A DNA stretch of 64,000 nucleotides from Alphaproteobacteria bacterium (GCA_964291415.2 OZ219918.1:1088001-1152000), one strand, 5' to 3'. Positions 9,616-20,218 are shown, counted from the first letter of the stretch. Numbers and translations: made by a program. Notes: generated by a model from the sequence alone, not told the origin.

Positions 9616-10253
9616 CACCTCCCTTCTACCCGGGGCTCGCTGCGGCCGACCGGGATGACCGGCTCCATGCACCGGCGGCAGATCGCAACTGCGAGCCCAT
9701 TCTCGACGTTCTTGAGCGCTACTGCGGCAGCGGCACCAGGGTGCTGGAAATCGCCAGCGGCCCGGGTCAGCACGTCGCCCGTTTCGCCGTCTCCCTTCCT
9801 GACGTCCACTGGCAACCCAGCGATCCGGACGAACGCATGCGGGCAAGCGAATCAGCCTGGACCGGATCGCTGCCCAACGTCGCGTCTCCCCTTGCCCTCG
9901 ATGTTCTCGATGAGGCGTGGTGGGAACGGCTCGACGGGCAGTTCGGGCTCGTCCTTTGCATCAACATGCTCCACTGCACGGAACGCAACACGGTGGAGGG
10001 GCTCGCTGCCGGCGCCGGGCGCCTGCTCCCGTCCGGCGCCCATCTTCTCGTTTATGGTCCCTTCACGTTCAATGGCGAGTTTGGCGCCAGGAGCAACAGA
10101 AACTTCGATGCCATGCTGCGCCAGCAGCATCCAGGGTGGGGACTGCGCGATGTCAACGACATTGCGGCGACGGCGCACGATCACGGTCTCGAACTGGAGC
10201 GCGTTGTCGCGATGCCGTCGAACAACCACATGCTGATCCTCTCGCGCCGCTGA
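9612..10253 (+). CDS. DUF938-family SAM-dependent methyltransferase
   Basis: APAADRN, VLEIASGPGQH, WQPSD, INMLH, YGPF, SN..FD..L, WGLRD, MPSNN. Confidence 0.9.
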   Translation: MTPPFYPGLAAADRDDRLHAPAADRNCEPILDVLERYCGSGTRVLEIASGPGQHVARFAVSLPDVHWQPSDPDERMRASESAWTGSLPNVASPLALDVLDEAWWERLDGQFGLVLCINMLHCTERNTVEGLAAGAGRLLPSGAHLLVYGPFTFNGEFGARSNRNFDAMLRQQHPGWGLRDVNDIAATAHDHGLELERVVAMPSNNHMLILSRR

Positions 10254-10346
10254 ACCAGCGGGCGCGACGATCCGGAATGACGCCTGATGACAGGCCCGGA
10301 CGCGAGGTTATGATGGTTTGGCAGGGTTGAGGCCGGATTGGAGCAC

Positions 10347-11549
10347 ATGGCGGGACTTGGACGGTTCTTTCCCGATGCGGAGTACCAGGCGCGATGGCGG
10401 GAGGTCGAAGGTGAGATGGCCCGGCGCGGTCTGGAGACAGCGGTTGTCTTCGGGCGCTCCGGCGGGACCAACGACCGTTGCGGCGACGTCCTCTGGCTCA
10501 CCAACTTCTTCTCGACGGCGTCAGGCCAGGGATATGACTCCTTCCTGTTCGAGGGGCGCTCGTTCAATGCGGTGCTGCTGCGCCGCGGCGAGGAACCCGA
10601 ACTCCACGCCGATGAACCGGGACTGCGGCGCGAACTCATTGCAACGCCGAGGATCCTGTCGTCCAACACGCCGTTTCGCAGTGTTGCCGAGGCGCTGGTC
10701 GAAGGCGGTGTGACGGGCCCGGTGGGTCTTGTCGGCAGCGACGTCATCCCCTTGCGCTACTGGAACGTCATGTGCCAGTGCGCGCCGGACATCGAGTGGG
10801 TCATCGAGGATGATCTCGTGCTTGAGTGCAGGCGCATCAAGTCCTCCCTCGAACAGGACGCCCTGCGTATCGCCGGCGCGACGGCGAGCCGGGCGCTGAC
10901 CCGGTTCGTCGAAGGGCTGATCATGGGGCGGCCGGAGGCCGAGGCCGCATCGGAGGCGGCGCGCGAGGTGGTGCGCTCGGGCGGCACGATTCACATGCTG
11001 CCCTGTTGCCACGGCGACCTCATCAACCAGTTCGTCGCCAATCCGATCGCCGCCTACACCTTCGAGGCGCCCCGGGAGGGTGATCTGGTGCGCGCCTGGG
11101 TCTATGGCCCGATGTTCGAGGGCTACTACCAGGATCCGGGGCGCACCACGGTCTGTGGCAGGAAACCGCGATCGTCTGAGCAGAAGGACATGGTCGAAAC
11201 CGGCGCCAGGATTGTCGAGGCGGTCATCGAGCAGATTCGCCCGGGCGCCCGGGTGAAGGATGTGGCCCGCCACGGACTGCAGCTGTCACGGCAATACGGC
11301 GCTCAATCCAACCAGATGGCGGAGAAGTGGCCGCACTTCGGACACGGTCTCGGCCTCTTCTTCGAGAAGCCCTACATCGGCGTCGACATGTGCGAAGACG
11401 ACGACGTCTTCGAGGAGGGGATGGCGATCGGCGTCGAGGCCTTTTTCGGCCTTCCGGGTCTCGGAAGTGCGGGTTTCGAGCAGAACATGCTGGTCACCGA
11501 AAGAGGAGTCGAGCTCCTCTCGACTCTGCCCATGATCTGGTGGGATTGA
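10347..11549 (+). CDS. M24 family peptidase-like hydrolase
   Basis: RRIKSSLE, GYYQDPGRT, GHGLGL, GVEAF, GFEQN. The first metal-binding Asp is absent. Confidence 0.85.
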   Translation: MAGLGRFFPDAEYQARWREVEGEMARRGLETAVVFGRSGGTNDRCGDVLWLTNFFSTASGQGYDSFLFEGRSFNAVLLRRGEEPELHADEPGLRRELIATPRILSSNTPFRSVAEALVEGGVTGPVGLVGSDVIPLRYWNVMCQCAPDIEWVIEDDLVLECRRIKSSLEQDALRIAGATASRALTRFVEGLIMGRPEAEAASEAAREVVRSGGTIHMLPCCHGDLINQFVANPIAAYTFEAPREGDLVRAWVYGPMFEGYYQDPGRTTVCGRKPRSSEQKDMVETGARIVEAVIEQIRPGARVKDVARHGLQLSRQYGAQSNQMAEKWPHFGHGLGLFFEKPYIGVDMCEDDDVFEEGMAIGVEAFFGLPGLGSAGFEQNMLVTERGVELLSTLPMIWWD

Positions 11550-11559
11550 ACCGCCTGCG

Positions 11560-12591
11560 TCACGATTCCTCACCGACATCGCGCCGCACGAGATCCTGAA
11601 AGGCGGCGGTATGGCATTCCATGACGGGGGAGAGAACACCGCTTTCCAATACTTGGGCCTCCAGATTGCGCTGGACCGATTCGCAGATGGCGAGGTCCTC
11701 CTCGACGATGGTCCTCGCCCAGGCGAAGCTGTCTGCGGCGTCGCCTTCGTTCATGGAAGGCTCGTACCATGCCCAGCTGATGGAACGCAGACTGCAAGGA
11801 CCTGTCGGTTCGATCCGCTCGGCCTTGAATCCGGTGGCGCCCAGGACGCCCTGGAAACCGGGATAGCGCCAGAACCAGATACCCTCTCCGCCACGCAGGC
11901 CGGCACCGTCCCCGCGGTAGGTGACGTGGAAGACGACAAGGCGGTGATCATCGTAGCTGCGGATGTTGACCTTCTGGGTTTCGAGTGATTGCGCGAGACG
12001 TTCGTGAATGAAGGGCAGGTGGTAACCCTCCAGAGTATTGTCGCAGTAGGTCTTCCAGTTGGCGTGGCCCTCCACAGTGAAATCTCCGTGGTAGGCGAAG
12101 GCGGTCGTTTCCGGCCATGGTTCCGCAAGGGAAGGAAGGGAGCCCAGCCAGGTGCGGAGCGGGGGCGTGGCCGCATCGATGGCGATGAAGACACATCCGC
12201 GCCAGGTCGCCACGCGGACCGGCCGCAGGGCCATCGCATCCCCGTCCAGGTCTTCACCAAACCGTGGCGCCAGGGCGAGAGTGCCGTCGAGTTCATAGGT
12301 CCAGCCGTGGTAGGGACAGACAAGCCGTGCCGGACAGGAACCGGTGCCGTCAGGCAACAGGGAGGCGCCACGGTGACGACAGTGGTTGTGGAAGGCGCGC
12401 AGGTCTCCGCCGCGGTCTTTCAGCACGACGATGGGCCAGCCGTTCACCGTCCGCGCCGCCCAGGTTCCCGGACGCGCCACCTCGTGTTCGGGTCCGAAGA
12501 CAGCCCAGTTGCGGGCAAAGATGGTCTCGCGTTCCCGGAGCGCCGTCGCCGGTGACGTGTACCAGGAGGCGGGAAGCGTAGGCTTCGCCAT
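11560..12591 (-). CDS. Rieske non-haem iron oxygenase alpha subunit (choline/carnitine monooxygenase-like)
   Basis: CRHRG...CPYHGW Rieske motif; NWK..DN.LEGYHLPFIH and EEDLAICESVQ iron site. Confidence 0.9.
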   Translation of the reverse strand: MAKPTLPASWYTSPATALRERETIFARNWAVFGPEHEVARPGTWAARTVNGWPIVVLKDRGGDLRAFHNHCRHRGASLLPDGTGSCPARLVCPYHGWTYELDGTLALAPRFGEDLDGDAMALRPVRVATWRGCVFIAIDAATPPLRTWLGSLPSLAEPWPETTAFAYHGDFTVEGHANWKTYCDNTLEGYHLPFIHERLAQSLETQKVNIRSYDDHRLVVFHVTYRGDGAGLRGGEGIWFWRYPGFQGVLGATGFKAERIEPTGPCSLRSISWAWYEPSMNEGDAADSFAWARTIVEEDLAICESVQRNLEAQVLESGVLSPVMECHTAAFQDLVRRDVGEES

Positions 12592-12596
12592 GATGT

Positions 12597-13394
12597 TCAG
12601 TCTCCGTGGGTGGTGGCGCGGGCGTCCCGGCAGGCGGCGCCGAAGGCGTCGAACAGCGCGTGATCGTAGTCCCGCTCCCGAAACCGCCACTCGGGGTGCC
12701 ACTGCACGCCCAGCTGCATGACCGGCGCGCGTCGCACGCTCACGGCCTCGATCAGTCCATCCGGTGCCGTTGCCTCGACGGCGAGATCGGCCGCCAGACG
12801 TTCGATGCCCTGACCGTGCACCGAGTTGACGCGATAGCGTTCGAGTCCGGTGATGGTGTGCAGCGTACCGCCGGCAACGACATCGATGTCGTGCAGAAGC
12901 TGGTACTGTTCGTCGCGCGGCTTCGACTTGCCAACCCGGTGCGCCATCAGTCCGTCGACCTCGTCCAGCACCATGTGGAGAGTGCCACCGAGTGCCACGT
13001 TGAGTTCCTGGATACCGCGGCAGACAGCCAGCATCGGAACCTGGCGCTCGATGACGCGACGGATGAGCGGCAGTGCCAGCGTGTCGCGCTGTCGATCCAG
13101 CATGGTGAATTCCCTCGGTTCCCCGTCGCCGTAGTTGTGCGGGTGAACGTCGCTCGGACTGCCCGGAAGGAAGATGCCGTCGACCCGGTCGAGCAGGTCA
13201 TCGATGGCGTAGATGTCTTCCAGAGGCTCAAGGTCGCCGCCCCTGCCGAAGCAGGGAATCAGCATCGGCACCGCCCCGGCGCCGTGGGCAACCGCATCGA
13301 TGTACTTCTCGCCTACCGCATGAAACGGATGGATGTCGATCATGCGCACGTCACAGGGAATGCCGACGACGGGCAGGGGGCCCTTGTCCACCAT
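12597..13394 (-). CDS. puuD: Gamma-glutamyl-gamma-aminobutyrate hydrolase (peptidase C26)
   Basis: HAVGEKY, GSPSDVHP, AVCRGIQELNVALGG, VNSVHGQG, GVQWHPE. Confidence 0.88.
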   Translation of the reverse strand: MVDKGPLPVVGIPCDVRMIDIHPFHAVGEKYIDAVAHGAGAVPMLIPCFGRGGDLEPLEDIYAIDDLLDRVDGIFLPGSPSDVHPHNYGDGEPREFTMLDRQRDTLALPLIRRVIERQVPMLAVCRGIQELNVALGGTLHMVLDEVDGLMAHRVGKSKPRDEQYQLLHDIDVVAGGTLHTITGLERYRVNSVHGQGIERLAADLAVEATAPDGLIEAVSVRRAPVMQLGVQWHPEWRFRERDYDHALFDAFGAACRDARATTHGD

Positions 13395-13470
13395 GGAGGA
13401 TCACCTTGCTGCATCGCAAACGGCGCCACCCTATCAGGGGATCATGGTCACCGGAACCGGATCAGACGAT

Positions 13471-14811
13471 TCACGGTGCCGGCGCGACGTCTCGGACAAG
13501 GCCGGGGTAGTGACGCCACAGGGCGAGGGCCCGGACAGCGAACAGGAGGGCGAGGCCCAGCCACAGGCCATCGTTGCCGAACTCCGCATGGAGCAGGTAG
13601 ATCGCCGGCACGTAGATGACAACCGCGAGCACCATCGCGTTCCTGATATCGCGGCCCCGCGCGGCGCCCGTGAAGATGCCGTCAAGCTGGAAGGACCACA
13701 CCCCGATGACGGGCATGAGAATCGCATAGTGCACGTGGGCGAGGGCCTCGGCCCTCACCTCCGGAATGTCGGTCAAGACAAGGATCAGGAGGTCTCCGCC
13801 AAGGGCATATCCGAGGCATACCACCACCGCCGTGAGCCCCGACCACAGGAAGGTCACCCTCACGGCCTGCCTGAGCATCCAGGGATCCCTGCGGCCGCAG
13901 GCTTCGCCGACGATGGCCTCGCAGGCATTTGCGAAGCCGTCCAGGGCAAAGGCAGCGAAGGTGAGGAACATCATGAGAACCTCGTTGGCTGCCAGGGTGG
14001 TGTCGTCGATCCGCGCCGAGAGGCTGATGAAGACGCCAAAGGCGACGTTGAGAAGGAGTGTGCGGATCAGGAGATCCCGGTTGAGCGCCAGCAGCGGCCA
14101 GTAGGGCTTCACGATCCGGGCGGCGCCGAAGGGCCAGGGTCCCCGCCCTTCCGGCAGGGCGCGAACGAGTGCAACAAGACCTGTTGCGAGGCCCGTCCCC
14201 TCGGCAATGGCGGTGGCGGCCGCCAGGCCCTCCACTCCCCAGCCGAGGACAGGAACGAAGAGGATGTCGAGACCCACGTTGAGCGTTGCAATGACGGCCT
14301 GCACAACCAGCGCCAGTCCCGTTCTCTGGAGCCCGATCAGCGCACCTGCGATGATGAAGTTGCCCATCACGGCGGGCGCTGCCCAGATCCGCACATCGAA
14401 GTAGAGTGCCGCCTGGTGCGACACCAGGGGCCCGGCCTCGACAAGATCCAGCGCCAGCTCGCGCAGGGGATTCTGGAGGACGATCAGGGCGAAGGCGATC
14501 ACCAGGGCGATCACTGCGGCCCGGATGACGATTGCCTTCAGTTCCTCGCGGTCGCCGCGCCCGAAAGCCTGGGCGATGTATCCCGTGGTCGACAGGCGCA
14601 GGAATCCGAATGTCCAGAAGGTAAAGCTGAAGATGAGGGCAGCCACCCCCACGCCGCCAAGGTACTCAGGTCCCGGCAGGTGTCCGGCCAGGGCGGTGTC
14701 CACCATGCCGACCACAGGCAGGGAGAGATTCGACACCATGATGGGTGCGGCTGTCTTCCAGATGCGCCGGTGCCATTCCCTCCTGACCGCCGCACCGGAA
14801 GGCGTCGTCAA
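13471..14811 (-). CDS. MATE efflux transporter (DinF-like)
   Basis: P.VGMVDTALAGHL, FGFLRLSTTG..AQAFG, IRT, ALDGFA, LDGIFTGA; about 12 TM segments. Confidence 0.92.
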   Translation of the reverse strand: MTTPSGAAVRREWHRRIWKTAAPIMVSNLSLPVVGMVDTALAGHLPGPEYLGGVGVAALIFSFTFWTFGFLRLSTTGYIAQAFGRGDREELKAIVIRAAVIALVIAFALIVLQNPLRELALDLVEAGPLVSHQAALYFDVRIWAAPAVMGNFIIAGALIGLQRTGLALVVQAVIATLNVGLDILFVPVLGWGVEGLAAATAIAEGTGLATGLVALVRALPEGRGPWPFGAARIVKPYWPLLALNRDLLIRTLLLNVAFGVFISLSARIDDTTLAANEVLMMFLTFAAFALDGFANACEAIVGEACGRRDPWMLRQAVRVTFLWSGLTAVVVCLGYALGGDLLILVLTDIPEVRAEALAHVHYAILMPVIGVWSFQLDGIFTGAARGRDIRNAMVLAVVIYVPAIYLLHAEFGNDGLWLGLALLFAVRALALWRHYPGLVRDVAPAP

Positions 14812-17525
14812 TGCATCGTCGCCGGTACCGGTTCACCCGCCTCGATGGTGCGGATCAGGTGCTGCCGCAGACTGTCGAGCCCCGCCTCGGAGGTGATCTT
14901 TCCACCATCGCCGTCGCACAGGTAGAAGGCGTCGACCGCCCGTTCTCCGAATGTGGCGACACGAGCGGTGACAATCGACAGGTGGAGTTCGGCCAACGCG
15001 TGGGCGAGGTCCGAGAGCAGGCCCCGCCTGTCGCGCGCCGTGATCTCGACAAACGTGTGGCGGGTTGAGACCCTGTTGTCGACCAGCACACGCGGCAGGA
15101 CGGCAAGAACCGGACCGTTGTGCCAACCCTTGCGGCGGCGGTTGATTTCGTTGGCGAGATCGAGGTCCCCGGTGAGCGTGCGCCGGATGGTGTCACGCAG
15201 GCGCTCCAGCCGTCTTCTGTCCCTGAATGCCGACTGGTGTTCGTCCTGGACCCGGAATGCATCGAGCGCCATGCCGTCAAGGGTGGTGAAGATGCGGGCA
15301 TCGACGATGCTGGCGCCGGCCACTGCGATGGCGCCGGCGATTTCTGCGAACAACCCGGGGCGGTCGGGTGCAAAGACGGTCACCTCCGTAATGTCCCGGG
15401 TATCGTCAATCTCGGTGGCTACGGTCACCTCACCGTTGGGGCCGTGGCGCATCAGTTCGGCGTGGCGCACGTGGGCGGCGCTGTCGAAGGCCAGCCAGTA
15501 GGGTGTGACGAGACGCGCGACGTGGTTGTCAATCGTGGCGGGTTGCCAGTCCTCGAGCGCCTCCCTGAGACGGTCGATGCGCGCCTCGACCCGAGCCTGC
15601 TTGGCAATGGCGGCACCATGTCCGCCGGAGATCACTTCCTCGGCCCGGTAGTAGAGTTCCCTCAGGAGGTCACCCTTCCAGTTGTTCCACACCCGTGGTC
15701 CGACGGCCCGGATATCGGCGACGGTGAGGACAAGCAGCAGCCGCAGGCGCTCGATCGACTGGACGGTCCAGGCGAAGTCGTCAATCGTGCGCGGCTCGTC
15801 AAGATCACGGCGAAAGGCCGTGTTGGACATGATCAGGTGATAGCGCACCAGCCAGGATACGGTTTCGGTTTCCTCGGCGCTGAAACCGAGTCGTGGCGCC
15901 AGGCGGTCGGCGACACCGGCCCCCAGAACGGAATGATCTCCCCCGCGCCCCTTGGCGATGTCATGGAGCAGAACGGCAAGGTAGAGGACGCGGCGCTGCA
16001 GGATCAGCGGAAAGACCTCGGTGGCCAGGGGCAGTTCGTCGGCGATCTCGCCACGCTCGATGGCGGCGAGGATTCCAACGGCCATGATGGAGTGCTCATC
16101 GACGGTGTAGACGTGATACATGTCGTGTTGCATCTGCGCGACGACCCGTCCGAAGTCCGGCAGAAAACGGCCCATCACGCCAGCCTCGTTCATCGCCTGG
16201 AGTGTTCCGAGGGGATCCTCCCTGGCGGTCAGGATGTCCATGAACTGGCTGTTGGCATGGGCGTCATGACGCAGCCTGTCGTCGATCCTTGCGAGACTCT
16301 GGGTCATCAGCCACAGGGCCCGGGGATGGATGTCGACACGCCGGTCCTGCGAGACGTGGAACATGCGCACGAGATCGCCGGGCGACTCCTCGAAATGCCC
16401 GCGGTCGCGAATCGAGATCATGCCGCCGGAGACGGGAAATCCGTCGATTTCCGCGGCATCCGACACGTACCTGGATCGCGGCTGGCCGCCATGCTGTTCG
16501 GCGATGACGGCGGCAAAGATGCGAGACAGTCCGCCGACGTCCCGGGTGGCAAGGAAGTAGCGTTTCATGAAACGTTCGACAGCCCGCTGGTTTCGCGTAT
16601 CGGAAAAGCCCATGCGGCGGGCGATGTCCGTCTGCAGGTCGAATGTCAGGCGCTCCTCGGCCCGGCCCGACAGGAAATGCAGGTGGCATCTGACCCGGTT
16701 GAGAAAATCCGCCGCCCGGCGGAACCTCGAGAGTTCGGCGCGGCTCAGCACTCCGCGCGGCACCAGATCCTCGATGCCGGCAATCGGATAGAGATACCTG
16801 GCGATCCACACGAGGACATGGAGATCTCTCAGTCCGCCCTTTCCTTCCTTGACATCGGGTTCCAGGACATAGCGCGAGTCGCCGGTCTTGAGATGTCGCC
16901 GGTCTCTTTCCTCGAGTTTGGCACGCACGAAGGTCGCGTCACTACCGGTCACCACGAACCTGTGGAAGCGGCGGCGGAATGTTCTGAAGAGGCTCCGGTC
17001 TCCGGCAAGCAGACGCGCCTCCAGGACCGCGGTACGGATGGTCATGTCGTCGCGGGCACCGTCGATGGCTTCGTCGAGGGTGCGCGTGGCGTGACCGACC
17101 TTGAGACCAAGGTCCCACAGGCAATAGAGGACGCGGCTGATGGCCGCTTCCTGGCGCTTTGTGACCGGGCCGGCGAGCAAGAAGAGGAGATCGAGATCGG
17201 AATGCGGCGCGAGTTCACCACGTCCATAGCCACCGACGGCGACAAGGGCCATGCGGTCATGACCGCCGCCGCTCTCTCCTTTCAGGACGTGGGCAAACAG
17301 TTCCTTCAGCACCGTGTCGACAAGCCGGCTCATTGAGGTGACAAGCGCGATCCCGGATGCGCCGTTGTCGAGGTGTTGGCGCAGCCGCGCCAGACCATCG
17401 TCGAGCACACGGCGCAGCACCCCTTCGAGACCCTTGTTCGTGGCGGGCAGGCTGGCGAGCGCGCGCCGCAGGTGCTGCCGGTTTGCAAGGCTGCCAGGTA
17501 CGGGACTCCTCCCGGGATCAGTCAT
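14808..17525 (-). CDS. glnD: [Protein-PII] uridylyltransferase
   Basis: AVGGYGRGELAPHSDLDL, EPDVKEGKGGLRDL, HVYTVDEH, HDIAKG (HD domain), two ACT domains. Confidence 0.97.
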   Translation of the reverse strand: MTDPGRSPVPGSLANRQHLRRALASLPATNKGLEGVLRRVLDDGLARLRQHLDNGASGIALVTSMSRLVDTVLKELFAHVLKGESGGGHDRMALVAVGGYGRGELAPHSDLDLLFLLAGPVTKRQEAAISRVLYCLWDLGLKVGHATRTLDEAIDGARDDMTIRTAVLEARLLAGDRSLFRTFRRRFHRFVVTGSDATFVRAKLEERDRRHLKTGDSRYVLEPDVKEGKGGLRDLHVLVWIARYLYPIAGIEDLVPRGVLSRAELSRFRRAADFLNRVRCHLHFLSGRAEERLTFDLQTDIARRMGFSDTRNQRAVERFMKRYFLATRDVGGLSRIFAAVIAEQHGGQPRSRYVSDAAEIDGFPVSGGMISIRDRGHFEESPGDLVRMFHVSQDRRVDIHPRALWLMTQSLARIDDRLRHDAHANSQFMDILTAREDPLGTLQAMNEAGVMGRFLPDFGRVVAQMQHDMYHVYTVDEHSIMAVGILAAIERGEIADELPLATEVFPLILQRRVLYLAVLLHDIAKGRGGDHSVLGAGVADRLAPRLGFSAEETETVSWLVRYHLIMSNTAFRRDLDEPRTIDDFAWTVQSIERLRLLLVLTVADIRAVGPRVWNNWKGDLLRELYYRAEEVISGGHGAAIAKQARVEARIDRLREALEDWQPATIDNHVARLVTPYWLAFDSAAHVRHAELMRHGPNGEVTVATEIDDTRDITEVTVFAPDRPGLFAEIAGAIAVAGASIVDARIFTTLDGMALDAFRVQDEHQSAFRDRRRLERLRDTIRRTLTGDLDLANEINRRRKGWHNGPVLAVLPRVLVDNRVSTRHTFVEITARDRRGLLSDLAHALAELHLSIVTARVATFGERAVDAFYLCDGDGGKITSEAGLDSLRQHLIRTIEAGEPVPATMH

Positions 17526-20184
17526 CCTCCTCCTCCGCCAGATCTTTCAGCCGGTAGACCAGATCGAGTGCAGCCCGCGGCGTCAGCTGATCAGGCATGA
17601 CATCGTCGACAGCCTGTCTGAGGGCAGAGACAGGCGCAACATCTCGTGCATGCCTCTGCGCTGCGTCGAAGAGGGGAAGTTCGTCGGCAAGCTGTGCCAG
17701 GGAGGCGGCATTGTCGCCCGTTTCGATGGTCTCGAGCACGTCCTTCGCACGCTCGATGACCGCCTGGGGAAGGCCGGCAAGGCGGGCGACATGGATGCCG
17801 TAGCTACGGTTGGCTGCGCCGCGCTCCACCTCGTAGAGGAACACGATATCGTTCTTCCATTCCTTCACCCGCATGGAGTGCGGTCTCAGTGCCGCCAGTG
17901 TTGCGGCGAGCGATGCCAGCTCGTGGTAGTGGGTGGCGAACAGGGCCCGGCACCGGTTGACGTCGTGGAGGTGCTCAAGCACCGCCCAGGCGATGGATAG
18001 GCCGTCGAACGTCGCCGTTCCACGACCGATTTCGTCCAGTATGACGAGGGACCGTTCCCCGGCCTGGTTGAGGATGGCTGCTGTTTCAACCATCTCCACC
18101 ATAAACGTCGATCGCCCGCGCGCGAGATCGTCGGCAGCACCGACACGGCTGAACAGCCGGTCGACGATACCGAGCCTGGCGGCATCCGCCGGCACAAAGC
18201 TCCCAGCCTGGGCCATGATGGCGATCAGTGCATTCTGACGCAGGAATGTCGACTTCCCGGCCATGTTGGGACCGGTGAGCAACCACAGGCGGGCGTCGTC
18301 CTCGAGAACACAGCCGTTGGCGACAAACTCTGCAGACTTGCTGGCCAGGATCTCGACGACCGCGTGACGTCCACCCTCGATCATGAAATCGAGGCCTGCT
18401 GTCACCGATGGTCGGGTGTAGCGACGTTCAACGGCAAGGTCCGCGAGCGCCGCAGCCACGTCAATGACGGCGATCGCACCGGCAGTCGCGGCAATGGCGG
18501 ACGCCTCGGCAAGCACGTCGGTCGTGGCCTTGTGAAAGGCATCGAGTTCGAGGGCGATGGCGCGGTCGGCCGCACGCGACATGGCCGTCTCGAGCTCGCC
18601 CAGTTCGACGGTCGTATAGCGCATTGCATTCGCCATGGTCTGGCGATGAATGAACGTTGCTTCATCAAGACGTGCCGCATGGTTGCTGGCAACCTCGACG
18701 TAGTATCCCAGGACATTGTTGTGGCGGATCTTCAGGGAGGCGACGCCGGTATCCTTCTGGTAGGTGCCCTGGAGTCCGGCCACCAGCTGCCGGCTGTTGT
18801 CGCGCAGTTCCCTGGCCTCGTCGAGTTCCTGGCTGTAGCCGGCGCGCACGAAGCCGCCGTCACGGGCAAGTGGAGGCGGATTGTCGACGAGGAAGCCGGC
18901 GAGATTACCGGCGAGTGGAGGGGTAGCCTGAATGGCGCCTTCCGCTTCGGCGAGTTCCCGGGGCAGATCCTGATAGTGCCCCAGTCTGGCAGCCAGACGG
19001 TCTGCTGCCGTCAGCCCGTCACGTATGGCTGCAAGGTCGCGGGGGCTGCCTCTCGACAGTGCCAGGCGTGCCAGTGCTCTCTCGAGATCAGGCGCTTGAG
19101 CAAGGGTGGTCCGGATGTCGCCACGCAGTTCGGGGTCCTCGACAAACATCTCGACAGCATCCAGACGCGCGGCGATGGCCCCGGTGTCGGTCAGCGGTGC
19201 GGTCAGCCTCTTTCCGAGCAGGCGGGCGCCGGCGCCGGTCACTGTGCGGTCCATGACGCCAAGGAGACTCCCCTGACGATGGCCGTCGAGTGTGCGCATG
19301 AGTTCAAGGTTGCGCCGTGTTGCCTGGTCGATCAGCATCGACTGTCCTGCCACCTGGCGCACCGGTGGCGCCAGTCTGGGAAAGCGGCCCTTCTGGGTCA
19401 GTTCGACATAGCCGAGAAGCCCGCCCATGGCCGCCAGTTCGGCTCGCGTGAAGGAGCCGAAACCGTCCAGCGAGGCAACGGCGTAGAGACCGCGCAGACG
19501 TCGTTCTCCGGCGCGGCTGTCGAACCTGCTGTCGGGTTCCCGAACCAGCCTTGCGCGCCACGGCGCCAGCGCATCCTGGAGGACGGAGTCAATGCTGGCC
19601 TGTTCCGCCACCACGAGTTCGGCCGGGGCGATACTCTCCAGGAGGGCGTTGAGGTCGTCCGCTGCAATGTCGGTGACGGAAAAGCTGCCGGTCGACATCT
19701 CGATCCAGGCAACCGCGGTGGTGGCCCCCGCCTGGGCCAGCGCCGCCAGGTGATTGGCGGAACGGGCATCGAGAAGCGTGTCCTCGACGAGTGTTCCGGG
19801 TGTGACGATGCGGATGACATCTCGCCTCACGATGGCGCTGCTGCCGCGCTTTCTTGCCTCGGCGGGGTCCTCCATCTGTTCGCAGACCGCTACCCGGTAG
19901 CCCTTGTGAATGAGCCGTTCGAGATAGCTGTCGACGGACACCGCCGGAACGCCGCACATCGGAACGTCCATGCCCTGGTGCTGTCCGCGGGTGGTCAATG
20001 CGATGTCGAGCGCACCGGCTGCGGCGACGGCATCGTCGAAGAAGAGCTCGTAGAAGTCGCCCATGCGGAAGAGGAGAAGCTCTCCACGATGCTCTTTCTT
20101 GATCCGCCAGTACTGTTCCATCATCGGCGTGACACGATCGCCGCGCTTCGGTGCGGACTTCTGTGGCGCTGTATCCGTCGTCAC
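17518..20184 (-). CDS. mutS: DNA mismatch repair protein MutS
   Basis: TPMMEQY, RMGDFYELF, TGPNMAGKSTFLRQ, DEIGRGT, ATHYHEL, SYGIHVA. Start set at GTG 20184, downstream of the rsmA stop. Confidence 0.97.
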   Translation of the reverse strand: MTTDTAPQKSAPKRGDRVTPMMEQYWRIKKEHRGELLLFRMGDFYELFFDDAVAAAGALDIALTTRGQHQGMDVPMCGVPAVSVDSYLERLIHKGYRVAVCEQMEDPAEARKRGSSAIVRRDVIRIVTPGTLVEDTLLDARSANHLAALAQAGATTAVAWIEMSTGSFSVTDIAADDLNALLESIAPAELVVAEQASIDSVLQDALAPWRARLVREPDSRFDSRAGERRLRGLYAVASLDGFGSFTRAELAAMGGLLGYVELTQKGRFPRLAPPVRQVAGQSMLIDQATRRNLELMRTLDGHRQGSLLGVMDRTVTGAGARLLGKRLTAPLTDTGAIAARLDAVEMFVEDPELRGDIRTTLAQAPDLERALARLALSRGSPRDLAAIRDGLTAADRLAARLGHYQDLPRELAEAEGAIQATPPLAGNLAGFLVDNPPPLARDGGFVRAGYSQELDEARELRDNSRQLVAGLQGTYQKDTGVASLKIRHNNVLGYYVEVASNHAARLDEATFIHRQTMANAMRYTTVELGELETAMSRAADRAIALELDAFHKATTDVLAEASAIAATAGAIAVIDVAAALADLAVERRYTRPSVTAGLDFMIEGGRHAVVEILASKSAEFVANGCVLEDDARLWLLTGPNMAGKSTFLRQNALIAIMAQAGSFVPADAARLGIVDRLFSRVGAADDLARGRSTFMVEMVETAAILNQAGERSLVILDEIGRGTATFDGLSIAWAVLEHLHDVNRCRALFATHYHELASLAATLAALRPHSMRVKEWKNDIVFLYEVERGAANRSYGIHVARLAGLPQAVIERAKDVLETIETGDNAASLAQLADELPLFDAAQRHARDVAPVSALRQAVDDVMPDQLTPRAALDLVYRLKDLAEEEDD

Positions 20185-20218
20185 CCGTCCGTCGCCCTCG
20201 TTGTTGCCGCTGATCGGG

